IMG/VR virus record: IMGVR_UViG_3300030103_004816
Length of the DNA stretch: 64,000 nucleotides
Source: a virus
Reading direction: 5' to 3' (one strand)
Shown piece after piece: positions 1 to 9,247 of this stretch. The notes beneath the pieces are model-generated. The model did no database searches, was not told the origin of the DNA, and saw nothing but the letters and a program-made list of their open reading frames with translations. The position numbers and the translations under genes were made by a program. Position 1 is the stretch's first letter. Each line of letters begins with the position of its first letter.

Positions 1-764
1 GCTCCTATACCTATTCCAGCTCTCTTACTTACATACTTTACTATAGAGCTAGCAGTAGCATTTATACTCTCTAAACTATCATCTGTTTCTATAAGTACGC
101 AACTACTGAATTGTCTTACTGATGTTCTTACACCTGCCATTACAGGAGTAGGTAAGTTAAGATCAAAATTAGATAGAGCAGTATAAAGTTCTTTTACATA
201 ATGTAATCTATCTCCGTTGTTATATCTATGAAATAAAGTAGCTGCTATAAGCATAAAAGCCATTTGAGGTGTTTCATAGATAATCTTAGTAGCTCTATTC
301 TGAACTAGATACTTTCCTCTAAGCTGCTCCATAGCTGCATAAGTTAAGTTCTCATCTTTAGAATGATCTATCCACTTTTCCATTAACTCAAACTCTTGCT
401 TAGAATACCATATTAATAAGTTTTTATCATAGAATCCTAATTCAACTAAACGCTCTACATGTTCGCTAATAGAGTCAGGTACAAATGTACCATATACTTC
501 TTTACGAAGATTATAATTTATTAGCCTTCCAGCTACAAATTGATAGTTTGGTGAATGCTCTGATATAAGATCAGCTGCAGCTTTAATAAGAGTCTCTTGT
601 ATCTCTTTTGTAGTCATGCCATCATAAAACTGAAGCTGAGACTTTAGTTCAACTTCTGAAGATGATACTCCTGATAAACCATAGCAAGCATGTTCTACTA
701 CTTCATGTAATTTATCTATGTTGATGGCTTCTTTTTTACCATTTCGTTTTATGACTTCAATCAT
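1..764 (-). CDS. nrdA: Ribonucleotide reductase class Ia alpha subunit, 5' part (runs off window), with N-terminal ATP cone
   Basis: Not in ORF track; manual translation from ATG at 764: MIEVIKRNGKKEAINIDKLH...YETPQ...LPTPVMAGVRT...QFSSCVLIETDDSLESI...AGIGIG. Confidence 0.96.
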   Translation of the reverse strand, partial: MIEVIKRNGKKEAINIDKLHEVVEHACYGLSGVSSSEVELKSQLQFYDGMTTKEIQETLIKAAADLISEHSPNYQFVAGRLINYNLRKEVYGTFVPDSISEHVERLVELGFYDKNLLIWYSKQEFELMEKWIDHSKDENLTYAAMEQLRGKYLVQNRATKIIYETPQMAFMLIAATLFHRYNNGDRLHYVKELYTALSNFDLNLPTPVMAGVRTSVRQFSSCVLIETDDSLESINATASSIVKYVSKRAGIGIG

Positions 765-1164
765 CTAGTATAACCTTTTCTCTATTAGCTAAGTGCTGCT
801 CTTCTATTTCTTCTTTTGATTGTCCATGATAAGCAACTGCGTGATGATTATTAATCATTAGCTGATTAAGAGAAAGGTCACTAGACCCATCAATAAATAA
901 TTCACCTAAAATTCTTCCGAATTTACCTTTATCATGACTATATAAAGTAACTACATCAGCGCTTTCTATTTTCTCTTGTAAAAACTTCTTCGCTGCTTTA
1001 CCATATTTCTTTTCTACTAAGTCTCTTGTTCTAGATTCAGGTGTATCTATTCCATATAATCTTACTCTTTGTTTCTTATATGTCATACCGAAACCTAAAT
1101 CGATATCTACATCGACAGTATCTCCGTCGACCACTCTTGTTACGTCTACTCTATATCTATACAT
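757..1164 (-). CDS. Thermonuclease (staphylococcal nuclease-like)
   Basis: RVVDGDT, VRLYGIDTPE, KFGRILG motifs; start moved to MYRYRV behind an AGGAG SD. Confidence 0.9.
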   Translation of the reverse strand: MYRYRVDVTRVVDGDTVDVDIDLGFGMTYKKQRVRLYGIDTPESRTRDLVEKKYGKAAKKFLQEKIESADVVTLYSHDKGKFGRILGELFIDGSSDLSLNQLMINNHHAVAYHGQSKEEIEEQHLANREKVILDD

Positions 1165-1165
1165 T

Positions 1166-2182
1166 TTATCTCCTATAAGCTGATAAAGCAAGTTTTGCTT
1201 CTAAATCTTTTTTACTGTTGTTATCAATAATAAGTTTTAAGTCAGCTGCTTTCATCCCACTCATAATCATATCATTAACATCTTTCTCAGCTATAAAAGA
1301 AGGCCACACACAGACTCTATATCCTAGATCAATAGAGCTTTCTAACTTTTTTGTAATTGTCTGTGAGCGCGGTTCGTTATCATATACTATTATTGTGTTA
1401 TCTTTTTTGAGCTCTGGTACTTGACTTAGAGCTTGGATTATATCTGATCCGCATACTGCAATAGAGTTCGGGATAAACATTGAATCAAAAGGACCTTCGA
1501 ATACGTAAACTGGTTTACTGTAATCTACTCTGTCTAAACCATAAATTTTAGGCTTACTTTCATCCAACAGTATAGTTATATAGCGGATAGAATCCTTAGA
1601 AATCGACCTTCCTTGAAATCCATAAAGGTTTTTTTTCTTATCGATAAACGGTATGATCACTCGAGGATCTTTCTTACCTTCTTTAAGCTTTTCAGGTATA
1701 AGTTCATTAACAAAATTAACGAAATCTGAAGTATAAAATAATGAAGCATGGTAGGGATTAGGTATCATTCTACCACTAATAAACATCTTAGCTGAATGAC
1801 TATGCAATAGACTAGATATCTTAGATAATTTTTTTAGAGGCCATAAGCCAGTAGTAATCGGTAAAACCTTGTCCTCAGGCTCAGACACAGTCTGTCCCTT
1901 TGTCTCCCTTTCAGAGAGAACTTCAAGCATGTACTCCTTATAAAGTAATGGGGCATGCTTTTTCATGAAGTTAGCGACGTTCGTTCCATAACCACAATTA
2001 TGGCATTTATAGAACCATTTACCTTCTCTTAAATAAAAATATCCTCTTGCTTTAAACTTATTCTTGCTACTATCTCCGCACTCAATACATCGAACATTAA
2101 TAAGCTTATCAGACTTTCTCTTAAACACAGAGAACTGATTAGACATAAGATTAATATATTTAGATTCAAGCCACGCAGACAT
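1166..2182 (-). CDS. 61: DNA primase gp61
   Basis: Zn finger CIECGDS...CHNC, IIPF...GFQGR, TOPRIM EGPFDS and KDVNDM; probable start MSAWLE. Confidence 0.95.
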   Translation of the reverse strand: MSAWLESKYINLMSNQFSVFKRKSDKLINVRCIECGDSSKNKFKARGYFYLREGKWFYKCHNCGYGTNVANFMKKHAPLLYKEYMLEVLSERETKGQTVSEPEDKVLPITTGLWPLKKLSKISSLLHSHSAKMFISGRMIPNPYHASLFYTSDFVNFVNELIPEKLKEGKKDPRVIIPFIDKKKNLYGFQGRSISKDSIRYITILLDESKPKIYGLDRVDYSKPVYVFEGPFDSMFIPNSIAVCGSDIIQALSQVPELKKDNTIIVYDNEPRSQTITKKLESSIDLGYRVCVWPSFIAEKDVNDMIMSGMKAADLKLIIDNNSKKDLEAKLALSAYRR

Positions 2183-2188
2183 AGTATT

Positions 2189-2217
2189 ATTATAGTGACT
2201 TAGGTGTTGAGAATCAA
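2189..2217 (-). promoter_or_regulatory. Sigma70-type promoter for primase
   Basis: TTGATT-17 nt-TATAAT, 6 nt before the ATG. Confidence 0.75.
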
Positions 2218-2630
2218 CTGGAATGCATGAATTCACCGGCCATTTGTATTAGGAATGATATGACCGTTACTGCTCCTATGATGAACCATTTGTATTGTTC
2301 TAGCTTAGACATTCTATCTTCAATAGCTTCAAATCTTTTAGCAGATCTTTCTTCTATTCTATCTAATTTATTAAGTAATTCAGTATCTTGTTTGATATTA
2401 CTTCTTCTTAGATCTTCAATGTCTGTATGGCTATGTTTAAGCTCTTCTAGCATTCTGCCCATCCGTTCATCTTGAACCGCAGATTTAGATTTTAACTCAC
2501 TTGTTAACTCAGCAATATCAGAGATAATACTCTCAGTTCTTGCCATTAAAGTTTCTTGAAAGCGGAGTTCAGCTGCTACTGAATTAACTTTAGATTCTAT
2601 TTCCGCTATTTTTTGAGCTTGAGTTGCCAT
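2214..2630 (-). CDS. Coiled-coil protein with C-terminal transmembrane helix (XhlA-like/lysis-associated?)
   Basis: Heptad-rich body ending RMSKLEQYKWFIIGAVTVISFLI; adjacent to spanin-like pair. Confidence 0.5.
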   Translation of the reverse strand: MATQAQKIAEIESKVNSVAAELRFQETLMARTESIISDIAELTSELKSKSAVQDERMGRMLEELKHSHTDIEDLRRSNIKQDTELLNKLDRIEERSAKRFEAIEDRMSKLEQYKWFIIGAVTVISFLIQMAGEFMHSS

Positions 2631-3139
2631 TATTCCTTCGGTTCATTAGTTGTTACTTCTTTATAATATATAACTACTTCTTGAACCTCACGAATATACC
2701 TTCTTAGTTCTTGAAGATTAGCCGCCATCAATTCATAATCTTGAGTTGAGTAAGCATAAAATACTACATCACCATTATTTAGTTTTTTCATATCATCTAG
2801 AAATCTATCTAAATAAGTATAGCCTACAGGCCAATCAGGATGTTCTCTTTCTTCTAGCTCACAAGTTTTAGGTCGTTTTAATTTCTCAGAACCATCATCT
2901 TTATATTTTTTTGGCTCGAAAGATATTGTTGCAACACATGGGTTTGTTATAACAGCTTCTGAAACTACATATAATCTTGGAACACCTAAGCTTACTCCTC
3001 TTGGCATTTCAGGATGTATAATTTCTAATTGTAATGGTTTACTTACTACTTCTATTTGTTTAGAAGGTAAAAGTGAACAACTACTCAGTACTATCACCAG
3101 ACTTAATATCGTCCAGTTCGTCAATAATTTTTGTATCAT
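2630..3139 (-). CDS. Lipoprotein, putative o-spanin (Rz1-like)
   Basis: Hydrophobic leader plus lipobox LSSC, Pro-rich region; overlaps 3' end of i-spanin-like gene. Confidence 0.6.
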   Translation of the reverse strand: MIQKLLTNWTILSLVIVLSSCSLLPSKQIEVVSKPLQLEIIHPEMPRGVSLGVPRLYVVSEAVITNPCVATISFEPKKYKDDGSEKLKRPKTCELEEREHPDWPVGYTYLDRFLDDMKKLNNGDVVFYAYSTQDYELMAANLQELRRYIREVQEVVIYYKEVTTNEPKE

Positions 3140-3473
3140 TTTCTATAGTCTCGAATACTTCTTTTGTTTCTCTATTACTTCTTATCTCAATAAGACCTGG
3201 CTTTGCTATAGCTAGTTTATTAAGATCATGTCGTCTAAAAATGTCTAAATATTTTTCTTTCTCAGCTTCAATTGCAGCATTTTTTCTAGTTAAGTTATTA
3301 AGAGCTTTGCCTTGTTTTTCAAAACTCTCTTTCATTGCTTCCATAGTTTGTTTTTGCTCTTCAACAGCAGCTTCAAGTTTAATATTATTACCTTTTAGAG
3401 TTTCGTTTTCTGAATACAACCAATAGGTACTTAAACCTAAGGCTAATAATAATCCTATTAATATTTGTTGCAT
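3081..3473 (-). CDS. Putative i-spanin (Rz-like)
   Basis: N-terminal TM helix followed by long coiled coil. Confidence 0.6.
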   Translation of the reverse strand: MQQILIGLLLALGLSTYWLYSENETLKGNNIKLEAAVEEQKQTMEAMKESFEKQGKALNNLTRKNAAIEAEKEKYLDIFRRHDLNKLAIAKPGLIEIRSNRETKEVFETIENDTKIIDELDDIKSGDSTE

Positions 3474-3706
3474 TAGATAACCTCTATTCTATAATTAAGT
3501 CCAGCAGCACTTCTTATTACGACTCTATTGCCTTCTTCGTCTGTAAACTCAAGTAACTTGTCAGTTGTTCTTATAATTTTTTTAACATTATGATATATTC
3601 TATCATCACTGTCACCCCATTGGGAATTATAAGAAACAGAGACTGTATACCTCGTAGTAAACAGACTTAGAAACCATTGCCAAGCCTTTATAAGTGCCTC
3701 TTTCAT
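3473..3706 (-). CDS. Hypothetical protein
   Basis: Translationally coupled ORF (TAATG junctions on both sides). Confidence 0.6.
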   Translation of the reverse strand: MKEALIKAWQWFLSLFTTRYTVSVSYNSQWGDSDDRIYHNVKKIIRTTDKLLEFTDEEGNRVVIRSAAGLNYRIEVI

Positions 3707-3969
3707 TACTGAGCTTTATGTACTTGGTCAACGAGCTTAGCTTTTAAAAGCCTTCTATCAAGCTCTATACCTAACTCTCTACCCTTTTCTTCTAATTGTA
3801 CTTTAGTAAGCTGACTTAATTTAGCTTTGCTTATTTTTGTACTTTTTACGGGCTTTGCGACTGACTTTGATGTCGTCGATACCTTTGTATCCACCACCGG
3901 CGATTTCACCTGAGCCGACTGCGTTAGTGGGGGCGTCGGATTCAGGAAGTTCTTTAGCCAATTTAACAT
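3706..3969 (-). CDS. Basic protein with C-terminal Rho-N/HeH-like helical motif
   Basis: GAGGAG SD before MLNWLK; C-terminus LSQLTKVQLEEKGRELGIELDRRLLKAKLVDQV. Confidence 0.6.
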   Translation of the reverse strand: MLNWLKNFLNPTPPLTQSAQVKSPVVDTKVSTTSKSVAKPVKSTKISKAKLSQLTKVQLEEKGRELGIELDRRLLKAKLVDQVHKAQ

Positions 3970-4006
3970 GATTTTTCTCCTCAATATAATCTAAATAACT
4001 TTTCAT
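3821..4006 (-). CDS. Small protein with capsid-targeting-like N-terminus
   Basis: AGGA SD; MKSYLDYIEE resembles T4 IP CTS (MKTYQEFIAE); DAPTNAVG motif. Confidence 0.55.
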   Translation of the reverse strand: MKSYLDYIEEKNHVKLAKELPESDAPTNAVGSGEIAGGGYKGIDDIKVSRKARKKYKNKQS

Positions 4007-4010
4007 TATT

Positions 4011-4409
4011 TTATCCTAATTCTTGTTGTAAAATCTCTGCTACTTTTATATTTTGTTTAATATTATTAGTAACAATATCTTTTACTGGAAGTCCTATTCT
4101 AGGAACTATATCCGGGCATCTGTTTAAAAATTTAAGAAATGGTAATATTTCACCATGATACCCATCAAGCTTCAAGAACAATAATCTTGTTCCTGCTTCT
4201 TGACCAAACTGGTTATATATAACTATGATGTGATTCATAATTAATCTAAATTTCAATATATCTGTCTCTCTAAATTTATTAAGTAGTCTTTTAATGTACT
4301 TAAATCTTTTTAGATCATCGTAAAACTCTAACGTGTCTGTACAGCCAGGATTATCGTAATGCTTGGCTGCGTATAGACTTGCGTTTGCTGAATGTAAGAT
4401 ATCAACCAT
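4011..4409 (-). CDS. Conserved marine T4-like hypothetical protein
   Basis: YAAKHYDNP..C...EFYDDLKRFKYIKRLL...NHIIVIYN motif; late promoter upstream. Confidence 0.7.
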   Translation of the reverse strand: MVDILHSANASLYAAKHYDNPGCTDTLEFYDDLKRFKYIKRLLNKFRETDILKFRLIMNHIIVIYNQFGQEAGTRLLFLKLDGYHGEILPFLKFLNRCPDIVPRIGLPVKDIVTNNIKQNIKVAEILQQELG

Positions 4410-4427
4410 ATTTGTTTCCTATAATAG

Positions 4428-4435
4428 TATTTATA
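4428..4435 (-). promoter_or_regulatory. gp55 late promoter TATAAATA
   Basis: Exact T4 late consensus, intergenic. Confidence 0.75.
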
Positions 4436-4444
4436 CTACTAGAA

Positions 4445-5059
4445 TCAGAAGGCTGATAATTGGATTCTTTTGATTTCTGTATTTGATACTGCAACATAAA
4501 TGTAATTAGAGTCATAGAACATATCGCCTGTGACTGCTTCAAATGTAGAGTTAACGTAAGAATTATTAGCTGGAGTCGCTGCTCCAGTAAAATTCACTTT
4601 AGTCGCTCTGACTGTATTAAATAATGGATTTTGTATAATATCTTCAGATGAATCAATTGTTATAACAGGAACACCGTTAGCATCATTTGCTACAGAACCT
4701 TGAATTGATCCATCGAAAGAAAGTTTTAATGTTGAGCTATTAGCCGTAAACACTGAATTAGATTCAATTGTTCCTAATGTATTAGCGTACGGAGCTGTAT
4801 TTGATTGTGTTGTTACCCTTGAATCAGTTACGTCAATTTTATTGATTACGGGTGCTGATAAGCTGATTGTTAGAGCGTTACCGGATATACTCGCTGAAAC
4901 CGAGTTAGATCCAGTAACCCCTAATGAATTGTAAAAGTTATTAACAGATACTTTTTTAGTTTCTATTGCTGATGAATTGGCTACCTCATCAACTACGACC
5001 AGGAGATCATCCCCTGTAACCGAAGTTGTAGCGTTAAGCTCACTTATCTTAGTAGCCAT
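4445..5059 (-). CDS. Probable virion structural protein
   Basis: KISEL...DDLLVVVD...TKK N-terminal motif; S/T/N-rich; C-terminal GDMFYDSNYIYV. Confidence 0.55.
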   Translation of the reverse strand: MATKISELNATTSVTGDDLLVVVDEVANSSAIETKKVSVNNFYNSLGVTGSNSVSASISGNALTISLSAPVINKIDVTDSRVTTQSNTAPYANTLGTIESNSVFTANSSTLKLSFDGSIQGSVANDANGVPVITIDSSEDIIQNPLFNTVRATKVNFTGAATPANNSYVNSTFEAVTGDMFYDSNYIYVAVSNTEIKRIQLSAF

Positions 5060-5071
5060 TATAAAATCCTA

Positions 5072-5584
5072 TTAACTATCAGCAAATTCTGTGTCGTCAC
5101 CGAGTGATCCATCACCTGATTGTTCACCTATATCACCTGAAATTCCGCCAGCTACAAGTACTTCAAATTGTACTCTTCCAGCTCTTCCACCTGAACCAGG
5201 CATTCTACGTACCCAACCAGTATGACCAGCGCCTTGTTGTACGCCAACCTCGTCAGTATCTACACCAAAGACAGCTTCAGGGTTACCTGAAATATTGCCT
5301 TTATGTACTTCTGATACTGTAAGTGATTTAGGTTTCTCAGATAATGCATATGCATTGGTAGCTCCAACAGCTGCGATAGTTCCACCTGCAGAACCTGCTA
5401 TGACTTGTGCAACTGTATTTGAAGTAATAGATGTTATTAAGAAATTATCATCGTTAGATACGATATAATCTCCTACTCTAGCTTCTGTCTCAAACTTAGT
5501 TGATGACCCAGTCACTAAGCCGTTAGCAGCAATAGTTACTGTTCCTGTTGATGCTTTATCGTCTTTGTTTCCCCAAAGTGCCAT
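5072..5584 (-). CDS. Probable virion structural protein (MALWG family)
   Basis: MALWG start, HTGWV...GRVQFEVLVA motif, G/A/T-rich. Confidence 0.55.
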   Translation of the reverse strand: MALWGNKDDKASTGTVTIAANGLVTGSSTKFETEARVGDYIVSNDDNFLITSITSNTVAQVIAGSAGGTIAAVGATNAYALSEKPKSLTVSEVHKGNISGNPEAVFGVDTDEVGVQQGAGHTGWVRRMPGSGGRAGRVQFEVLVAGGISGDIGEQSGDGSLGDDTEFADS

Positions 5585-5606
5585 ATCTTTCTCCTATATG
5601 TTCTAT

Positions 5607-6089
5607 TTATCTAGACCTACTAATCAAGTGCCTTAATAAATCAAGTTTATCAGAACTCTTAGTTAAATCTTCTCCTAATTCTTTCTTACGTTTTGCAACA
5701 AGCTTTTCTATTTCTTTTTTAGACATGTTGCCGCCTTTAACTTCGATGTAATCCTCTACACCTTCTTTATTCATTCTTTTCATTCTATCTAGACCTTTAA
5801 ATCTTTTTTCTTGTCTAGCGTTTATTTCTTTTTCTGGATAGCCTTTATGTCTAGCATTTTCTCCAGTTTGAATGTCGTCTTTTGCTGCTCTTTTATATCT
5901 CTTCATTAAATCAGGAGATAATTCTTGTAACTCAGTCTCTTCAACTCTTATAGAACTAGCGCCAGATTTTCTTAGTTGTTCTTGCTTCTTAGCAAGTTCA
6001 TCTTCATTTCTAGCATATCTATAAGTTCTTCTTCCATCTGCTGTTACAGCTGCTATTTTTTTAGGTGTGTCAAATGCTTCTTTTATCAT
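5607..6089 (-). CDS. Charged modular protein, putative internal head protein
   Basis: Contains LQELSPDLMKRYKRAA...KRFKGL module. Confidence 0.5.
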   Translation of the reverse strand: MIKEAFDTPKKIAAVTADGRRTYRYARNEDELAKKQEQLRKSGASSIRVEETELQELSPDLMKRYKRAAKDDIQTGENARHKGYPEKEINARQEKRFKGLDRMKRMNKEGVEDYIEVKGGNMSKKEIEKLVAKRKKELGEDLTKSSDKLDLLRHLISRSR

Positions 6090-7630
6090 TGTGGCCCCTC
6101 TTTGTAAGTTCCTCCGATATGACCTGTAGCCTTTTCATAATCACCAGAAGTGAATGCTTTTTCTGCTTTCTTTCTTTCTTTCTTGTTTTCATGTGATCTG
6201 ATTCTATCAGCTAGATCATCCATATACTCGTTTGATTCAGGAATTTTTGTAATTTTTCCTAATTTACCTTTGATAGGTGGTTTTTGTTGTTGAACACCAT
6301 GCTTGTCCATAGTTCTTTGCATTCTAAGCTTACCATCTTTTACAGATGCTTTTCCTTCTCCAGGCATCATTTCTTTTGCTTCTTTAGTTAATTTACTAAT
6401 TGCAGTTTTAATACCTTTACGCCTTTTAAGTAATTGCTTTCTTTCTGGTGTTTTATCAGATGAATTAAATGCATTATCTTGATTGTCACCACCTGAATGG
6501 TAAGCCATATCAGCTACATCTTGACCAGCTTTCTTTACATAGCTACCCATTGTTTTTTTTGAAATTTCTTGTAATGCTGCTGAAATAGATTCAATATGTT
6601 CTTTATTCACAGGCTTAGGACCAGGAATCTTATCTCCTAGTTTCTTTTTCATGTGTTGATATTCTTTATTAGAATCGAAATCTTTTTGAGTAGGCTTAGA
6701 AGTAGCCTTGCCATCTGCTCCTATAAAGCCAGGAACCATTTTAGCTTCTTCTACTTTCTTTATTGGGCTTTCAGATTTTTTTTTTGACATGGCCATTTTT
6801 ATTGCCTTGTCTTTATTATCCATATATTCTTTATCATCTGGCTCATCTACACCATCACCATCCATATCACCTTTGTCTTTTTTCATCTTTTTCTTTTCAT
6901 CGATGACTTCGACTTCTTCTTTCATTTTGCCTTTCTTTTTGCCTTTAGGATGACCGTGATGCATTTCAGATAGAATTTCTAAATCTTCTACCCAGACATC
7001 TTCTATAATAAATGGACCATCTTCGCCTTGGAACATAACATCGTAATGAGTAACGTATCCGTTTCCGTCTTCGTCCTCTTCTAATGTATGCATTGTTGAT
7101 ATACATTGACCTAGGCCGTGCTCTTCATGTCTCACATGCTTAGCACAATCATGCATAGTTGCCTTTGCGGCATTGTCTGTATTAAGATCTTCAGACTCTT
7201 TCATTTCTTTTTTATCTTTCTTTTTATCGCCGAGTGGAAGCTCTAATTGCTTAGGCTTCTTTTCCATTCCTGGAAGTTCCATCTGCTTAGCTTCTTTAAC
7301 AACCTTTTCACCCTCAAGTTTCATTCCTTTAGGTATAGGTTTGCATTTTTTCTCTATAGTACAGAAAAATTCGCCTTCTTTACAGTTGTCTGATTTTCCT
7401 TCTACTAATTCTTCTACAATAACTGATTCAGCATTTAATTTTTTGTAGTTATTAGATAGGAAATTATCTGCGTGCTTTCTATAGCTATTTCCTAAATCGC
7501 TCTTGTTGAACGATTTCATTGGTGTTCCGTTTTTACTATGAACAGTTGCTTTGTCCCCATCAAAAGAAACTCTAGGTTTTGCTTCTAGAATGGTGCTAAC
7601 TGATTTTAAAAGATCGTCTGAAAATTTCAT
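6086..7630 (-). CDS. Lys/Glu-rich modular protein, putative internal head polyprotein
   Basis: Late promoter; many [ILV]xE sites; LQEISKKTMGSYVKKA module; HDCAKHVRH...YDVMF domain; DMDGDGVDE motif. Confidence 0.55.
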   Translation of the reverse strand: MKFSDDLLKSVSTILEAKPRVSFDGDKATVHSKNGTPMKSFNKSDLGNSYRKHADNFLSNNYKKLNAESVIVEELVEGKSDNCKEGEFFCTIEKKCKPIPKGMKLEGEKVVKEAKQMELPGMEKKPKQLELPLGDKKKDKKEMKESEDLNTDNAAKATMHDCAKHVRHEEHGLGQCISTMHTLEEDEDGNGYVTHYDVMFQGEDGPFIIEDVWVEDLEILSEMHHGHPKGKKKGKMKEEVEVIDEKKKMKKDKGDMDGDGVDEPDDKEYMDNKDKAIKMAMSKKKSESPIKKVEEAKMVPGFIGADGKATSKPTQKDFDSNKEYQHMKKKLGDKIPGPKPVNKEHIESISAALQEISKKTMGSYVKKAGQDVADMAYHSGGDNQDNAFNSSDKTPERKQLLKRRKGIKTAISKLTKEAKEMMPGEGKASVKDGKLRMQRTMDKHGVQQQKPPIKGKLGKITKIPESNEYMDDLADRIRSHENKKERKKAEKAFTSGDYEKATGHIGGTYKEGPQ

Positions 7631-7654
7631 TATTTCCCCTAATTTATTATGTAA

Positions 7655-7662
7655 TATTTATA
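7655..7662 (-). promoter_or_regulatory. gp55 late promoter TATAAATA
   Basis: Exact consensus upstream of ATG at 7630. Confidence 0.75.
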
Positions 7663-7666
7663 ATTA

Positions 7667-7981
7667 CTAGCAGTTCCATCTTCTTCGAGCTGCTTTGCCT
7701 CTTTCACCTGTCCAACCTTTGGATCTTGCACAAAAGGATTTTCTTCTATTTGCTGCTTTACTACCTTTTTTTAATTTACTAGGTGGGGTAGTTACGGCTG
7801 TTTTTAAATTACCACCTGTTCTTCTATTATATTTAGCTACGCCCTTAGCAGTCATTCCAGCTCCTTTATCAGTAGCTCTTTTGTCACCAGACTTTTGAGA
7901 CATTCCTGACATATCTTCCTGAAATGGTTCTGTGAGGCTTGATGCCTCACTTAGAACCCAATTACGATAGCTTTTTATCAT
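7667..7981 (-). CDS. Basic protein, DUF6321-like
   Basis: GMTAKGVAKY...LKTAV...RRKSFCARS...ARRRWNC; CTS-like N-terminus MIKSYRNWVLSE. Confidence 0.6.
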   Translation of the reverse strand: MIKSYRNWVLSEASSLTEPFQEDMSGMSQKSGDKRATDKGAGMTAKGVAKYNRRTGGNLKTAVTTPPSKLKKGSKAANRRKSFCARSKGWTGERGKAARRRWNC

Positions 7982-8182
7982 TTACTTTTTCCAAACATCT
8001 AGTCCTTCAGATTTAATTAAGGTAAAGACACCATATGCCAAAGCAAGCCAGGCTACCCAATCAATTAAATCCCCTAGAAGTATCCAAGCGAGTGAAAGAC
8101 CTATGATGACACCGCCATCCCAAGTTGTTCTTTCAGCCCATCTTGCAAGGACCCATTCTTTTGCGATATTTAACATATCCAT
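7982..8182 (-). CDS. Small two-TM membrane protein
   Basis: Two hydrophobic stretches after ERTTWDG; AGGAG SD. Confidence 0.65.
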   Translation of the reverse strand: MDMLNIAKEWVLARWAERTTWDGGVIIGLSLAWILLGDLIDWVAWLALAYGVFTLIKSEGLDVWKK

Positions 8183-8254
8183 ATATTTCTCCTATATGTT
8201 TATTTAGCTCATGATATAATACTATTTTTAATAGTTAGTATTATTTATGCTTAT

Positions 8255-9247
8255 TTATTCTTCATAAATGAAGTTTTTGTTCTTTTTTATGTCTTCTAAT
8301 AATGGTTTAAAATGATTTTTTATTTTATTTTCTACCCAATGTGTAGCATCATTATTATAAAAATATTGTTCTATCCAAGCATCTCTATCATAAAATAGTC
8401 TTTGTTTCTCAAGAGAAAGCTCATCAATATAATAAGACATATTTTTAGATGGATCTTTGCTAAAATCTAATAAAGCTCTTGCGAGCCATTTATGTCCTTC
8501 TTCTGTAAAATGCTTCAAGTCATTGCTAACCCATTCATTTTTATTTCCTAATCCTTTTGCTAATTGTAAAGCAAAACCAGTACAACCCCACATTTCTATA
8601 GTATCTTCAAATGTTGCATAATGAGGATGTCTTTTAACAAAGTTAAAGTTTTTTAGTTTTGGAGATGGCCAGTTAAAGATATATTTCTCATAATCTATTG
8701 ATTTAAAAAGATCATAAACTTCATCATCAATTTTACTTATAAATTTAAACCAGTTATAATTATCTTGAGTTATAATAGTTAAGTCCATGTTAAACTTTTT
8801 AGCTAATGTTATTAAGTTATGAATAATAGCTAGAGTTTTAAACGTTCCTCCAACCCATAAAGGAACATGTACATTAGGATCTGAAGGATTAGCTTTACTA
8901 TAAGTAAATTTAGTTGATAAGCCTCTATATTGTTTTTCAGGATCTATTTCAAAACCATTTGCAAACCTTTCACTATGAGAAAGATATAATATAACTTTAG
9001 TATGATTCTTTATTATCTTATTAAAGTAAATCATAAAGCTAGTAAAAATTGAATCATTACTTCTTGCTATTTCAGAGTTATTAATAAAAGGTAAGGCACA
9101 GTACTCATGATGGTTTCCGTTCTGATTTTGATGACCATCTACAGGGTTTGATTCCGGATTAATCTGAAGAGGCCAAGCATAAGCTTGAGACTCTACATCA
9201 TGTCCTTTAGTATAAGAACATCCATCAAAATAGAATTTAAGACTCAT
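8255..9247 (-). CDS. SGNH/GDSL hydrolase-like protein
   Basis: YFDGCSYTKG block I, SNDSI block, DLKHF catalytic DxxH. Confidence 0.6.
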   Translation of the reverse strand: MSLKFYFDGCSYTKGHDVESQAYAWPLQINPESNPVDGHQNQNGNHHEYCALPFINNSEIARSNDSIFTSFMIYFNKIIKNHTKVILYLSHSERFANGFEIDPEKQYRGLSTKFTYSKANPSDPNVHVPLWVGGTFKTLAIIHNLITLAKKFNMDLTIITQDNYNWFKFISKIDDEVYDLFKSIDYEKYIFNWPSPKLKNFNFVKRHPHYATFEDTIEMWGCTGFALQLAKGLGNKNEWVSNDLKHFTEEGHKWLARALLDFSKDPSKNMSYYIDELSLEKQRLFYDRDAWIEQYFYNNDATHWVENKIKNHFKPLLEDIKKNKNFIYEE

